This document shows positions 41,084-54,063 of a stretch of 64,000 nt of DNA, one piece after another. Source of the stretch: Octopus sinensis (taxonomy: Eukaryota); the NCBI RefSeq assembly GCF_006345805.1, contig NC_042997.1, forward strand, positions 110,236,001 to 110,300,000, given 5' to 3'. Below the pieces are notes generated by a model. It worked only from the letters and a program-made list of their open reading frames with translations, searched no databases and was not told the DNA's origin. Every line of letters starts with the position of its first letter. The stretch's first letter is position 1. A program made the translations under genes and the position numbers.

Positions 41084-42320
41084 CATGCATGACAGAAGTA
41101 AATAGACACCCCATAAAACATCGTTTTGTTTATTCTTGTAAATATTTATATTTTTTTATTGATTGATATTTTTTGTATTTCAGGTTCTATATGTGACTAT
41201 CGAATCATGCCATGTACAAAAGACGCATTGGAACTGTCTGAATTTCAAAGAGGCCGTATTGTGGGTCATTCTGAAGATGGACATAGTGTAAAATCGCAGA
41301 AAACCTTCGTATCCCGCTTTCTACAGTAAATAGGGTGATTGTGCAATTCACCAGAGAGGAGAAGGAGTCCACATCACCTCGCTCAGATCAAACAGAGCCC
41401 TCTGACAGGATCCTTCTCTTTGTTAAGAGACATGTGGAGGATAATCCTCATTGCAGGGCGTTTGACTTAGCAGAACAAGTTGATGTTAGTCCCAGAACAG
41501 CTCTCAAGTATTCCCACATATTTAATTATTAAGACAGAGTAACAAGAAATAGCCAACTTCAAGCGGAGAAAAGATGGCGCCAGTGAGAGAGACCATTAGC
41601 ATTTTGGGACACTGCCATATTCTCTGATGGGGCCAGATTTGCTGTATTTCCTAACAGTGGTCGAGTGTGGGTCTGGAAACTCTGTAATCAAGAATTTGAT
41701 GTGAAAAGATTGCAGCCAACAATGAAACACGGCAACTATTCTGTGATGGTCTGAGGAACAATTTGGAGTAATTGCTGATCAGAGCTGGTGGAGTGTGAGG
41801 GAAATATAAACACAGATGAATATGTATCCATATTGCAGAAAGGACTCCTTCCAAACGTCTCCAATGGGGAAATGATTAACGACAAGTTTTTATTTATGGC
41901 AGATGGGGCTCCTTGTCACACGACTAAAATGACCCAAGATTTGCTGGATGAGAATGACATTAAAGAGCTTCCATGGCTAAGCCAATCAACAGATATGAAC
42001 CCTATTGAACTCCTCTGGAACATAATGGACAGGACACTTCATATAAAGAACAAGAAAGCGTTTTCAGAGCCAGATCCTTTGAGATTACTGCATGAACTTT
42101 GACAAGAAATTCCTGAAGAGAATATTCGTCAACTGATCAGAAACATGCCTAATAGAGTCCTTCCATTGAAAAATACAAAGGGCATGTCTACTATATATAA
42201 AATATTCATATTATAACGATTAATAAATAATGTAATAATAAATAATTCGAATGTACACTTGCAGATTTACATAAATTTTGATAATTATAAAGGTGTATAT
42301 TTACTTCTGTCATATCTATG
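41084..42320 (+). mobile_element. Near full-length decayed Tc1 (DD34E) transposon
   Basis: TA-flanked imperfect TIRs (ATGACAGAAGTAAATA.ACACC); ELSEFQRGRIVG, FSDGARF, ADGAPCH, then 34 residues to E in NPIE. Confidence 0.92.
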
Positions 42321-42392
42321 TACACCCACACACACACACACACGCACACACGCACACACAGAGACATATATGCACAAGTATATATATATATG

Positions 42393-42478
<86 letters not shown>

Positions 42479-43112
42479 CATATGTATATAATTATAGGTA
42501 ACACACACACACATATACATGTATATACATATAAACACACACGACTAATATGATGTATATTAACGGGGAAGAGAGAATTCATATTTAAGCAACAGATGAT
42601 GAAATTAAAGGCTTAATATAATTAACAGTGAAATACAATGAATAAAATCGGTTAATTTAATTATTATTCCCCTTAATGTTAATCTTCTATACACAATATA
42701 TTTCCATTTGGAAGTAAATGTCCTTGAAAAAGGCGGAGAGCGATCTAACTTTCGGGGCAATTCCTTAATAGGAAACAAGAGGGTCAGGGAATGTATTTAC
42801 ACCAAAGTGTCACGCCGCAGATGAAGCAGTGTGTAATGGAAGGCAATTATAGATGAAATTGTAGAGGATGGTCGTTATGGAAAATAAAATTAGTGAGTGT
42901 TGTTAATAGTAATATCGACTCTGTGTGTGTGTGAGCTACTTGTCAATGGGTAATGACGTAAAAATGATTTACTAGCCGTTCATTGTAGTTCTCAATCGTA
43001 AATATTGTATTTGAACTATCGATTGGTAATAAGTATCAGCTCTATTTAAATGCTAATTTTGATCAACAGCAAACCGATATTGTAGTACATACATACATAC
43101 ATACATACATAC

Positions 43113-43473
43113 AAAATCTTGAGAAATTAGGTTTCTCAAAACCAGAAGGGAGAAAGCTAATTCGAAGACTACAGATCCAAGCCATTACTGGAACGGTAAA
43201 AATCTGTAAAACTTTGCAGAAGTTTATAATTTAAGTATATATGAACATGTCTAGGTATGTAACTACATAAAACAAGACATACAAATCTACAAGTATACAT
43301 ACATACATACATACATACATACATACATACATACAAACATACATACATACATACATACATAATATACCTTGCTGATGTTGAAATTCTAACGAACGAGCCT
43401 TGGATCTAAGTTAGAAACCGGGTCTGTCTTTATTGGCAAGAAGTCTTGTGATAAAACTGAATAATAGCATAAT
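43113..43473 (+). mobile_element. Short 5'-truncated R4/Dong-clade LINE in (TACA)n
   Basis: LEKLGFSKPEGRKLIRRLQIQAITGTVKICKTL* and UTR GAGCCTTGGATCT..GAAACCGG match the 23.5-kb copy; (TACA)n 5', internal and 3'. Confidence 0.8.
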
Positions 43474-43714
43474 ACATACACACATACATACATAGATACG
43501 CACATACATACATACATACATACATACATACATGCATACATACATACATACATACATACATACATACCATACATACATGCATACATACATACACACATAC
43601 ATGGGCATTTATATGTATATATGTATGTATTTATTCAGGCAGCACAGTAAACTGAGACAAATGTGAGCCTATTGTCTTCAATGCAATCCCTTTGTGTGTT
43701 GTAGAGAACGGTGA

Positions 43715-43950
43715 CGGCGCGTGGTCTAGAGGAGGTTCGGGTGTTGCCTTCCGGTCGCAAGATCATGATTTCGACTCCCGGGCAGCGTAGTGCGCTGTAT
43801 TCTTCAGCAAAAACACTTCACGTTGCTCCAGTGCACTCAGCTGTAAATGAGTCACCCTGTGGCAGACGAGCGTCCCGTTGTGATCTCGGTCCCTTATGCT
43901 CCGGAGAAACCGAGTGACCCGACGAGTGATACGACGCGGGGACAACGATT
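43715..43950 (+). mobile_element. tRNA-derived CORE-type SINE
   Basis: GTGGTCTAGAGG, TTTCGACTCCC, CACGTTGCTCCAGTGCACTCAGCTGTAAATG. Confidence 0.75.
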
Positions 43951-44589
43951 TACTTTATTTGTTAGAGCATAGCACGGATGTCTGAAGAAAGCAAAACGCT
44001 ATCAACTTTCGAATAAATAATTATTACATACACACACAGCACACACGCACACAGAAACACGCACACATGCACAGACACACAGAGGCACACACACGCGCAT
44101 ACACACATGCACAGACACACAGAGACACAAAGACACAGACACGCACACAGAGATACACACACAGACACACACACACAACAGTCAAACACAGAGACACACA
44201 CACAGACACACAAACATACGCACACACGCACACACAAAGACACACACACATGCACAGGCACACAGATACACACACAGACACACACATGCACAGACACACA
44301 CAGACACACACAGACAGACACACAGACATACACACAGACACAGACACAAAGACACACACACACACACACAGAGTGAAACACTCATGTTCATAACTAATTC
44401 ACAGTTTGCAAAATTGCGCAGACACATAACCTTTTAGTCAACCAAATCTCGCGCAACCGGATGCTGACATCTTTATGTTTCCTTAGGGAGATAATCTCTA
44501 AGATATCTCCAGTACAAGAATTCTCGGGTGAGTGTTACTTGAAAATATATCAAAGCTCAAATTAATCTCAATATATATTTAAATCAACT

Positions 44590-44740
44590 GACTGGTTCTT
44601 TTATTTGTTTCAGTCAGTAGACTGCGGCCATACTAGGGTAATACTTTGAAGAATTTTAGTCGAACGAATCGAACTCAGCACTTAGTTTTAAAACCCCGTT
44701 TCTTTTTCCCTGTCGGTCTTTTGCCGAACCGCTAAGTTAA
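44590..44740 (-). mobile_element. 3' half of the composite SINE
   Basis: Similar to 18262-18500. Confidence 0.65.
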
Positions 44741-45014
44741 GGGAGGAGGCACATACACATATGGAAATATACATACATGCATGTATATAAAGTATGGGGT
44801 TTTAGTCCAGAGGTGATCTAAACAATTAGGTACGCTAGGTAAGTGCTGTAACGGATTACTGGGGCTCCAAGGTTGTCGCTAAGAAGGTAGTTACGGAACC
44901 ATGGCAGATTTCTGATGTAGCGGATATATATTTGTTAAAGGGGACAGTAAACATTAAGGCAAGGTGAACATCTCAAGTCATAAACATTATTATTATTGGA
45001 AAAAGAAATTCAAA

Positions 45015-45070
45015 GTCTTACAGCTGTTTCTGGGACATCCCCGAGTTTGGGATATGCCATCATCAGAGAG
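45015..45070 (-). ncRNA. Type-I hammerhead ribozyme with palindromic stem III
   Basis: TCT-CTGATGA-TGG.ATATCCC/GGGATGT.CCA-GAAA-CAGCT-GTA-AGA; ACAGCTGT is self-complementary. Confidence 0.8.
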
Positions 45071-45310
45071 AAATATGGAAAAATAGGGAAAATGAGAATG
45101 GTATATATTAATGAAATGACGACATAGAGGAAGGGAGTAAAGGAATAAGGAGATGAAGTGAGAGAATGAGAAAAGAAAAAGAGCAAAATGTTCATAGCTC
45201 AACTTTCTTCTTTTTTTCTCTCTCTCCATCTCCTTATTCCTTTACTCTCTTCCGATATGTCATCATTTCATTAATATATACCCTTCTCATTTCTCTATTT
45301 TTCCCTATTT

Positions 45311-45366
45311 GTCTTTGATGACGGAATATCCCATACTCTGGGATATCCCAGAATCAGCTGTAAGAC
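45311..45366 (+). ncRNA. Type-I hammerhead ribozyme, decayed sister copy
   Basis: GTCT-TTGATGA-stem II-GAAT-CAGCT-GTA-AGAC; perfect 4-bp stem I, two core substitutions. Confidence 0.7.
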
Positions 45367-45459
45367 TGAATTTTTTCCAATTATAATAATCTATATGACT
45401 TGAGATGTTTGCCTTGCCTTAACGTTTGTCATCTTTAACTATTATATATATATACATAT

Positions 45460-45620
45460 ACGACGGGCTTCTTTCAGTTGCCGTCTACCAAATCCACTCA
45501 CAAGGCTTTGCTCGCCCCGAGGCTAGAGTACATTGAAAACATTTACCGAAGGTGCCACACGGTGGGACTGTACCCGTAATGATGTGTTTGGGAAGCAGGC
45601 ATGTTATACAGCCTTGTCTC
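45460..45620 (-). mobile_element. Head half of the composite SINE
   Basis: ACGACGGGCTTCTTTCAGTT..AAATCCACTCACAAGGCTTTG..GGTGCCAC..GGGAAGCA. Confidence 0.72.
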
Positions 45621-47412
45621 CGCCTGCTTTGACCATCTCAATACAATTCTTTACTTTTGTTCTTTTAAATTCGCTTGAGACATAAAGTTTACAAATGGAG
45701 ACGATTACAATAATATACTGCAGCATGTTTCCAGATGAGAAATTAATACGATGCATGTAATACTACAATCTATAATTTGCTGCTTGGGCTTTTGGCATGC
45801 GCTCCGGTAACAGATTCTGTTTGACCAATATACATTTCTTTACAATTCTGTTATTTGATACGATATTTTTGCTAAATAATTCCCGTGTTTGTATTAATAT
45901 ATTAACCAGAACATATAAATTGATATGGACCACAGAGATTCTCACTGCACTTAAATACTGCCGGAGCTTTTATCGTTGCTGTTTTGTTAACAATTATTTT
46001 AAGTTTTTCGGTAGTCTTTTGCTTGAAACAGCGTTCTAGCTGTAATCAAATCCATTAATATATTTACTTTGTCTGATAATCGCCATGTTTGATTTAGTGA
46101 CATCAAAAATATTCCAAACTTCGATTATGTGTCACTACAAAAGCTTCTGTTACCCGGTCTTAGGTTTCTCGTTCCTAGATTGTCCGAAAGTGTTCTATAG
46201 GTATTTATGTTGCCCTTTTCCATACCATTTTGGATAATTGGAACGGTGGTGTTGAACGTATTTGTTCAAGTTGAAAACCTTTCAGTTCTGCGAATCGTTT
46301 GTCTCTTTTCAGCACTAACGACGATACAGATCTTCCTAGCAAGATTGATACGTTTTCCGTGTGCTGGTTAGCTCGATTTAAAGCTCACGTACGGATGTGT
46401 ATGTGCGTCTTTATTATATAAATATCTATCATGATTTTGATGTTATTTGTGATCGCCATTATATACAGAAATGGCAATTTTGTAGTACACGTCTTCTGTG
46501 CAAATTTCATGGTTGGGTGTAAATTATTCTGCAGGATGCTAAATTTCTCAAAAAACTATTCCAGAATATTGTCTATATTATAAAGCAGAAAGCGAAATAT
46601 CCTTTTCGTGAGTTATGCGATCAGTACCAGCATTTTTTACTCTTTGCTACAACATTGTTCCAAACATTCCATTGCTAAATTTGCGTTTGTTGGAAATAAT
46701 TTAATCTCCATGACTGTACCTCTAACTCATAATCAATAGATTAGTGAAACGAAAACTATTAGGTGGGTTATATTTTAGTGAGGCCAGAATGCAAATATTG
46801 AAGCCCGATTAGAGAGTTACAGGCTCTTTAACACACGAATGTGTCTTTAGAAATTGAATGTTAACAACAAAAACTACGGTGATTATGAAGATGATGATAA
46901 CGTCCGTTGTAGGCGAGAAGGAATTTGCATTTGGGAGGAATTTTATTTCAAATTCTACTTCAAAATATTTCTTGACAGGCCGCATCAAATTAACCAAAGT
47001 TACGTGAAAAAAAAAAAGGAAAGACGGAAAGAAGACCGGCTTTGGTCCAACAGCTGTCGGTAAAATATTGAGATTTTCAGACCACTGACGACAGTATAAA
47101 ATTTTTATTGCAATTTCGGTTGGTTAAACAGAAATTGAAATAAACCAAAATAAAAGTAAATTAAAACCAAGTTTTAATTTACAGAAAATTCCGCTGATAT
47201 TTATTCTCAGAACTATTAGTAGTCCCAAGAATATTAGTAGCAAAAACAGTAGTTTACAAGAGCCATTATGACAACAATATTAGCTAATAAATGCAAAATC
47301 TGATGGAGGGTCAATTATATAAATTGTTTTAGTAACAAAATTAATTTAAATTTTATACAAACAATAGACAGAATCGCTAGATCGCAGAACAATTTCTTAT
47401 AAAATTTAGTTA

Positions 47413-47642
47413 CATATTCTGTTGTGTCTGGGGAGAGTCATTTTCTTTTTATGCCTTATAATGTAACACACTCAGCAGTAAAATTTCCACATATTTCTTA
47501 TTTTTAGTATTGAAAAAGTTGCAAGACGCAACGAAAATTTTAGGAAAATAAAAATAAGAAATAAATGGAAATTTTACCGGTGAGTGTGTTACATTATAAG
47601 GCACAAAAAGAAAATGACTCTCCCCATACACAACAGAATATG
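47413..47642. mobile_element. MITE with ~95-bp terminal inverted repeats
   Basis: CATATTCTGTTGTGT.TGGGGAGAGTCATTTTC.. and its reverse complement; no hammerhead core found. Confidence 0.8.
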
Positions 47643-48548
47643 CTTAACACACGAACTCATATAAAGAATCTTGCAAACCAAATCCAAAAACGAAATATTA
47701 GTTACATATCTTAACCATTTGGGTTAAATAACTGTTGAATTTAATAAACTAAGCGCCAGGCATTTATTTGTGTCCTTTTTGATTTTGCTCTATTAAAATA
47801 TATGTAAAATTATCTCAACTGTACAAAAAGATTTTATCGTTTATAACAATCTAGCGGTTATTTCGTTGCTCAAACTTTTGTGCGTAAAAATTGATTAAAC
47901 AAGAAATTGGAATACAAAAGAAATAAACAGTTATGTTACGAATTTCATGTTTGAAGCTCCGATGAGGCTACAGTGTGATACTCAAGCACTCAGCCATGAG
48001 TGCATTGCATCTTATGGCAAAAACAGCAGTAAGCTAATGAAGTTCGTAACCTAATTATTTATTTATTTTATCATCCCAATTTCTTATTAACACTCCGTAC
48101 TCGACTGATGTTTCGTTCTGAAGAAGATTTGGATTGAGTTGAAACACCAGGTTATTAGCATCGTAACAAATACCTAAGCGAATATCAAAATTATTCTAAA
48201 ACATGTAGTTTGTGCTAGAATCAAGAAGTTTTCCTTAGAAGTATGAGGTGTTGGTCATACCAAACAAACAAGTTCAAGTCCTGAAAATAAGGTACAGTAT
48301 TGCTTATCAGATATGTACTAATATACAGGAAGACATATTTCGGTTGACGATCGTGCCAGTAGAAATTGTAGCAGAATTATACTTTTCGGTTTCAAAATAT
48401 AGAGAAAAACCACAGGGGTACCTTACTGTGTCGGTTATAAAATTGCGTAATAGACGCGGTTCGAATACTTTTAATTATAAGACTGCCAAGGACCGGTGTT
48501 GGTCTGAAACACAGCAATAAAACAAAACATAGGTTTGTTGCTATAGAA

Positions 48549-48696
48549 CAGGGGTTCCCAACCTGTGGTCCGCAAAGGTAGTACTGGTAGTCCGTGAACC
48601 TGTTAAGCTGATAGACCGTTCAATATCCTGGGGTAGGTGGGAAAACTCATTTAAATAATAAGGGGTCCTTGGTAGTGAAAAGGCTGGGAACCACTG
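48549..48696. mobile_element. hAT (Charlie-like) MITE
   Basis: Termini CAGGGGTTCCCAACCT ... AGGCTGGGAACCACTG; 8-bp TSD not preserved. Confidence 0.7.
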
Positions 48697-49536
48697 CTGT
48701 TGAGCAATGTATTTTTATTATTCGCACTCTTTATTTATGAGTGTTGTCCTTCCATGCTCACATCTCGTTCGCAACATGTAATAATTGTCGAACTACATTA
48801 GTAATTTAATGATAAAGCCATAAAATCAATCAGCGAGAAAGATTTACGACAGTCCTAATGAAAATATTTAATTTGCTAAGAAATTTCTGAAGTGTTCTTG
48901 AGTGTTATAACTTACTCAGTGTTGCTTTGAAAATTAATGAACACCAGATTTCATTCGTTATTCTGAAACAACTTCGCTCCGCTCTCTCTCCCTCTCTCTT
49001 TACACACACACACACCCACACACGCGTGTGTGTGTGAACAATGATGTATGTATATATATATATAGATGCGTATAAGTGTGTGCTTGTGTGCATGTATTTA
49101 GACTTGGGAGGTTATTCTGCCAACAAAACACACACACTGACTATAATTCAATTCCAACATTCATCCACCAAACTACACAGCATCAATCCAAATACAATTA
49201 CACTGACACATACACGTATATGCATACACATACACACATAACCCTACGCAACAGTAAACAAATATTTATTGTATACTGACATATGTCTGCTGTTAATGCT
49301 TTTACCACCAAATTATTTAATACCAGACTCAAGGCGAGAATGGAAAACTGGTCGGAATGGCGAAGGGTAAGGTATTCACTAATCAGTCTATTAATACAAA
49401 AAGTAGCTGCAACGTTTCCTTGCAAGAATTAATAAATCTTTTCTCAAGATAAGGCAAAAGTCTTTGTATATGTCTCTACAGCCGTGTGTTTAATTGTGTG
49501 TGTGTGATTGTGAGTCTCCGCTTGGAAGTATTTAGG

Positions 49537-49613
<77 letters not shown>

Positions 49614-50192
49614 AACATATTTGCAAGCACAGACGCGCACGTGTATGTGCGTGTGTATATGTGTGCGTGTGCAAGTATATATATATATATATATACATAT
49701 ATATACATATATACACACATATATATACATATATAGATAGATACATATACATATATATAATATTCGCGACTGTATGTTTGTGTATTTATGCATGTAAATA
49801 AAATATAAATCTTTTATATGAGAGTTTGTGTTCTTTTACCCCCCACTACCATACAAGATGTCGCAGTTGGCAGGACGAAGAACAGAACATTTCCTAATAA
49901 CCCGAAAAATATACAAAACAATAGAAAGCAGCAAAAAGCGTGGCCATTTGTTGCCATCGCTTTCTGATGGCTTATTTAATGTTGATGACTCATAAATAAC
50001 ATTCAGTTCTGCTTTTAATGCTATCTGATGCTGGCAATCTAATTGACCGTTTACAGTTTGTCAATTATAATATTTTTAGATAAGAAATGAAAACTAATTA
50101 TTGTATTAATGCATTATTGAAATAATGAGGTAGAGCAATAATAATAATAATAATAATAATATAATAATAATAATATAAAATAATAATAATAA

Positions 50193-50231
<39 letters not shown>

Positions 50232-50238
50232 TAATAAC

Positions 50239-50287
<49 letters not shown>

Positions 50288-50340
50288 TAGATAATAATAA
50301 TAATAATAAAATAGATAATAATAATAACAATAATAATAAT

Positions 50341-51632
50341 TGACAGAAAAATCCGCAAGCTACTGACTTATAAGAAGATGCACCATCCAAAGGCAGACGT
50401 GGATCGCCTTTACCTTCCCAGAGCTCAAGGAAGGCGAGGTTTGATCCACCTTGAACTTACATACAAACCCATCACAATCGGACTGGCCAAATACCTTGAA
50501 GCAACCAACGATTGGATGCTAAAACTTGTTGAAAAGTACGAAAGACTGAAAAAAACTCCACTCTATTTTCAAAGAAAACAAAAAAATTCGCTGCTGATCT
50601 CTTAGATACCCACCAGATTGATCAGGCTGAAGGAAATGCGCCAACTACAGCTACAAAGAAAATAAAATTAATTGCAAAGACAAAAGCACATGAAAAATTA
50701 GCTAGCAGATGGGAACAGAAACCTCTCCATGGCAAGTATGTGGCCCGTAGCAAACAAGCTAATGTCGACCAGAAACACACGCACCAATGGTTACGAAGCT
50801 CAGGGTTAAAAGCAGAGAGTGAAGGTTTCATATTAGCTGCTCAAGACCAAAGCTTATTAACCCAGAACTACCAAGCCAATGTGATAAAAAATGGAGCTGA
50901 CCCAAAATGCCGATTCTGTAACGATGAGATTGAAACAATAGACCACCTAATCTCAGGGTGTAGAGTCTTAACACCTGCAGAAAATAAAGCAAGACGCGAC
51001 AGAGTCGGCCAGTATTTACATTGGACAATATGTCGGCATTATAAAATCAAAACCGCGGACAAATGGTATAAACACCATCCTGAAGTTGTGACTGAGGGAG
51101 AAAATGTGTCGATTCTATGGGACTTCCCCGTACATACCGACAAAACTATATAAGCTAATAAGCCGGATATTATTACAAAAGATCAGACAAAAAAGGTGTG
51201 TTTATTAATTGACATGAGTATTCCTTGCGATCACAATATAGCAGCGAAAAATTAGTAAATATAAAGACTTGCTAATAGAAATTGAAAAAATGTGGCATCT
51301 CAAGGCGACTACAGTACCAGTGATTGTAGGATCTCTAGGAATGATAAAAAAAGGTACTGAAACTTATTTGAAAATGATTCCAGGCTTACCATCCCTACAG
51401 GAAGTGCAAAAAATCGTATTAACTGGAACATCTCATGTACTGAGAAGAGCATTATCGCTGTGAATGCAACATCCATCCATGAATTTATTGATTTATTAAT
51501 TTTTAAATACATATTTTATCTGTGAATTTGCGCGTGTAATCTGGGAATGCATACAATGAGCTTCTCTGCCCTATGTGTATGGAAAACACTCGGCGAGAAA
51601 CGGAAGAAAATTTGAAGAAAGAAGGAAAAAAC
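50341..51632 (+). mobile_element. 5'-truncated R4/Dong-clade LINE in a (TAA)n array
   Basis: HHPKADVDRLYLPR..GRRGL, CRFCNDEIETIDHLISGC (CCHC), ILWDFPVHTD..NKPDII..LIDMSIP (RLE), VLRRALSL*; (TAA)n at 50135-50340 and 51633-51650. Confidence 0.93.
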
Positions 51633-51650
51633 ATAATAATAATAATAATA

Positions 51651-51810
51651 AAGGGGTTGATTGCTACGTAGCTCAGATACTAGGAAACCCCAAAGTGGCA
51701 GAAATTCAAAAGTGAGTGCTCATGGGAACTGCTCATATCCTACGTAAAATACTGTCCATGTAATCTGAAATTTAAAAACAAACTCATAATTTTCTTATGT
51801 TTTCTTAAAC
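51651..51810 (+). mobile_element. Second short Dong-like 3' fragment directly after the (TAA)n tail of the first
   Basis: QILGNPKVAEIQK.VLMGTAHILRKILSM* parallels LQEVQKIVLTGTSHVLRRALSL*. Confidence 0.75.
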
Positions 51811-52150
51811 CCAGAACCACGAAGATGGGAAGCAAACTTCTTACCATACAGCCATGTCAGTGCCTATTCATTTACTGAATATTAGAAATACTCCTTTAAG
51901 ATTTTCGTTTGGTCTGACCACCTTCATTGCTTTCGTATCTATTATTCTTAAATGTAAAACTGAGAACATTCCCCTTGGGATCGTAAATAATATCTCATGT
52001 TTCGATTATGAATTTGTTTTGTTACAATCTTCATTTGAAACCGCATGTTAAAACCAATTTCATTATATTTCGGAAGAGGCATATAGAAACACACTCCCCG
52101 GTCGTTGTTTGTCTACATTTCTCTTTTTTATCCCACCCAAACAGTTATAT

Positions 52151-52179
<29 letters not shown>

Positions 52180-52183
<4 letters not shown>

Positions 52184-52308
52184 TTTCCCCTAATGTTTTC
52201 CACCATATTAAAATGTATATATATTCCCCTAACGTTTCCATCATAATAAAATGTATGTATATATATATATATATATATATATTCCCCTAATGTTTTCCAC
52301 CATATTAT

Positions 52309-52339
<31 letters not shown>

Positions 52340-52372
52340 TCCTTTAAATGCTTTCCACCATATTAAAATGTG
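52180..52372. repeat. Composite minisatellite: four ~32-bp units separated by (TA)n of variable length
   Basis: TTCCCCTAATGTTTTCCACCATATTAAAATG repeated four times with variants. Confidence 0.85.
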
Positions 52373-52800
52373 GCCTGCTCGATGTGTCCATAAATGTTTT
52401 CGATTTTCAACATATTTTACTCAGTTGCCTTCCATTCCAATGGCAAACAGGTCGGCTGATGACAGCTTATATAACATTGGTGTTTGTGTGTTTCGTTTCT
52501 TGTCAACATAATATTACGTTTGCGTTCGTTGTTGGTGGGCGACCTTACTTGGTTTGAGTTTTATTGTATTCCTCCTATGTAGTGACGGGTTGTGGTAGAG
52601 GGCGTTGTTATACCATAAGTATTTGTACTGAATGCATGTCTGTATAACCTTCCATTGCCCTTTACCGTAAGTAGTAAGTCCTCACGGTAGCGCTACAGAG
52701 AGCTAGGTGGACGGAGTCATTGGAAGTCAAGTGTTCCCGTCTCTGAAACGATTTACTTCTTCTGACAATAGTTGAACCTTGAACTAGCGGATCGTCTTAC

Positions 52801-52831
52801 TAGCAATTCGGTCGACTGCAATCGTCGCCAT
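52801..52831 (-). CDS. Speculative first coding exon (MATIAVDRIA) in a CpG-enriched unique patch
   Basis: AATATGGCG start context, donor GTAAGA at 52800-52795; no supporting homology. Confidence 0.25.
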
Positions 52832-53751
52832 ATTCGTCACTAACAATAGATAAAGTAAGCTTTCTTTAAAGCGATAATGTTTCAAAACAGTAATAATGGT
52901 TGGCTCCTTCAGCAAAAAAACTGAATTCTTATCTTAAACAATTTCGACATTATTAAACTTCCAGTCTGTAAAATTCATAACAATTCTTTAGAAAATGAAC
53001 AAATGAGAACGGAACATCAAAAGACTTTGATAGCAATTAAAAAAAAAGTTAAAATATTCTCCCTGTAAGCGTTAGAGATAATTCTAAAATGACACAGAAA
53101 ATGAACAATAAATACTCACTCTTCAACGATATCTCCACCAAAAACTCTCTCTTCACAATCACACTAAAGTTTTGTTCTTACACAAAATTAAAACCTTTCT
53201 TCTTTTATGCGGCCCATTGTTATTTCTTTCATTTGATCTTTTTACATTCTCAAGGATTTTTATTACTATTTCTATATATTCTTATTTATATATGTTTTTT
53301 ACATTTCGAAATCTCTTGTCTTTTAGATGTCTTTGTAGTAATAATAGATTGTAGATTACTTAGTGAAAGATTCACATAATTTTGTTATCCATTGTATATC
53401 GAAAGTATTTTGAAGTTAGACATTAATAAACTTCCGCCCTGTTACTCGACAGATATTCTTAATTAAATCAGCCTACCTATAGCATTTTCAATTTCACTAG
53501 CTTTTGCCTGATCTTTTGAACAGGAATGCAACAAGATTTTCAAAATTCTCCGCTTACATTCTGAAGCCAGACAACAAAGGCTTATCTACTGTAGTGTAAA
53601 ACACAGATTTGGTACTCCTTAAATCCTTTCTCCTCACTTACACTTAACTATTTTTAATGTTTTTTTTTACAGAATGGCGTTAAAGTGAAAGGAATATTGG
53701 ATGGAGGATTAAGTGAATTCCAGCGATTACTTTCATGCTTCTTGTGAAAGT

Positions 53752-54063
53752 ATGTGGTTTAGTAGTTAGGACATTCAGCTCTTGATCATGAGTTCGATTT
53801 ACGGACCGGGCTGTGCGTTGTGTTCTTGAGCAAGACACTTCATTTTACGTTGCTCCAGTCCAATCAGCTCACAAAAGTGAATCGTACCCGTAATTCAAAG
53901 GGCCAGCCTTCTCATCAGTATCATGTTGAATCTCTCTGAGAAATACGTTAAGGGTACATGAGTCCGTGGAGTACTCAGCCACTTGCACGTTAATTTCATG
54001 AGCAAGCTGTTCCGTTGACCGGATCAACTGGAACCCTCGTCGTCGAAACCGACGGAGCGCCAG
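53752..54063 (+). mobile_element. tRNA-derived CORE-type SINE
   Basis: GAGTTCGATTT, TTCTTGAGCAAGACACTT..GTTGCTCCAGTCC, tail GGATCAACTGGAACCCTCGTCGTCG. Confidence 0.8.

Larger units (their letters stand above)
44958..45418. mobile_element. 461-bp foldback element flanked by TTAA, with an outward-facing hammerhead in each arm
   Basis: Arms are imperfect inverted repeats almost to the centre; TTAA at 44954-44957 and 45419-45422; HHR motifs at 45015-45070 (-) and 45311-45366 (+). Confidence 0.88.

Noticed and set aside
47413-47642. Hammerhead in this foldback, or in 55371-55633
   Set aside because: No NUGANNA..GAAA..UH arrangement on either strand; treated as ordinary MITEs.
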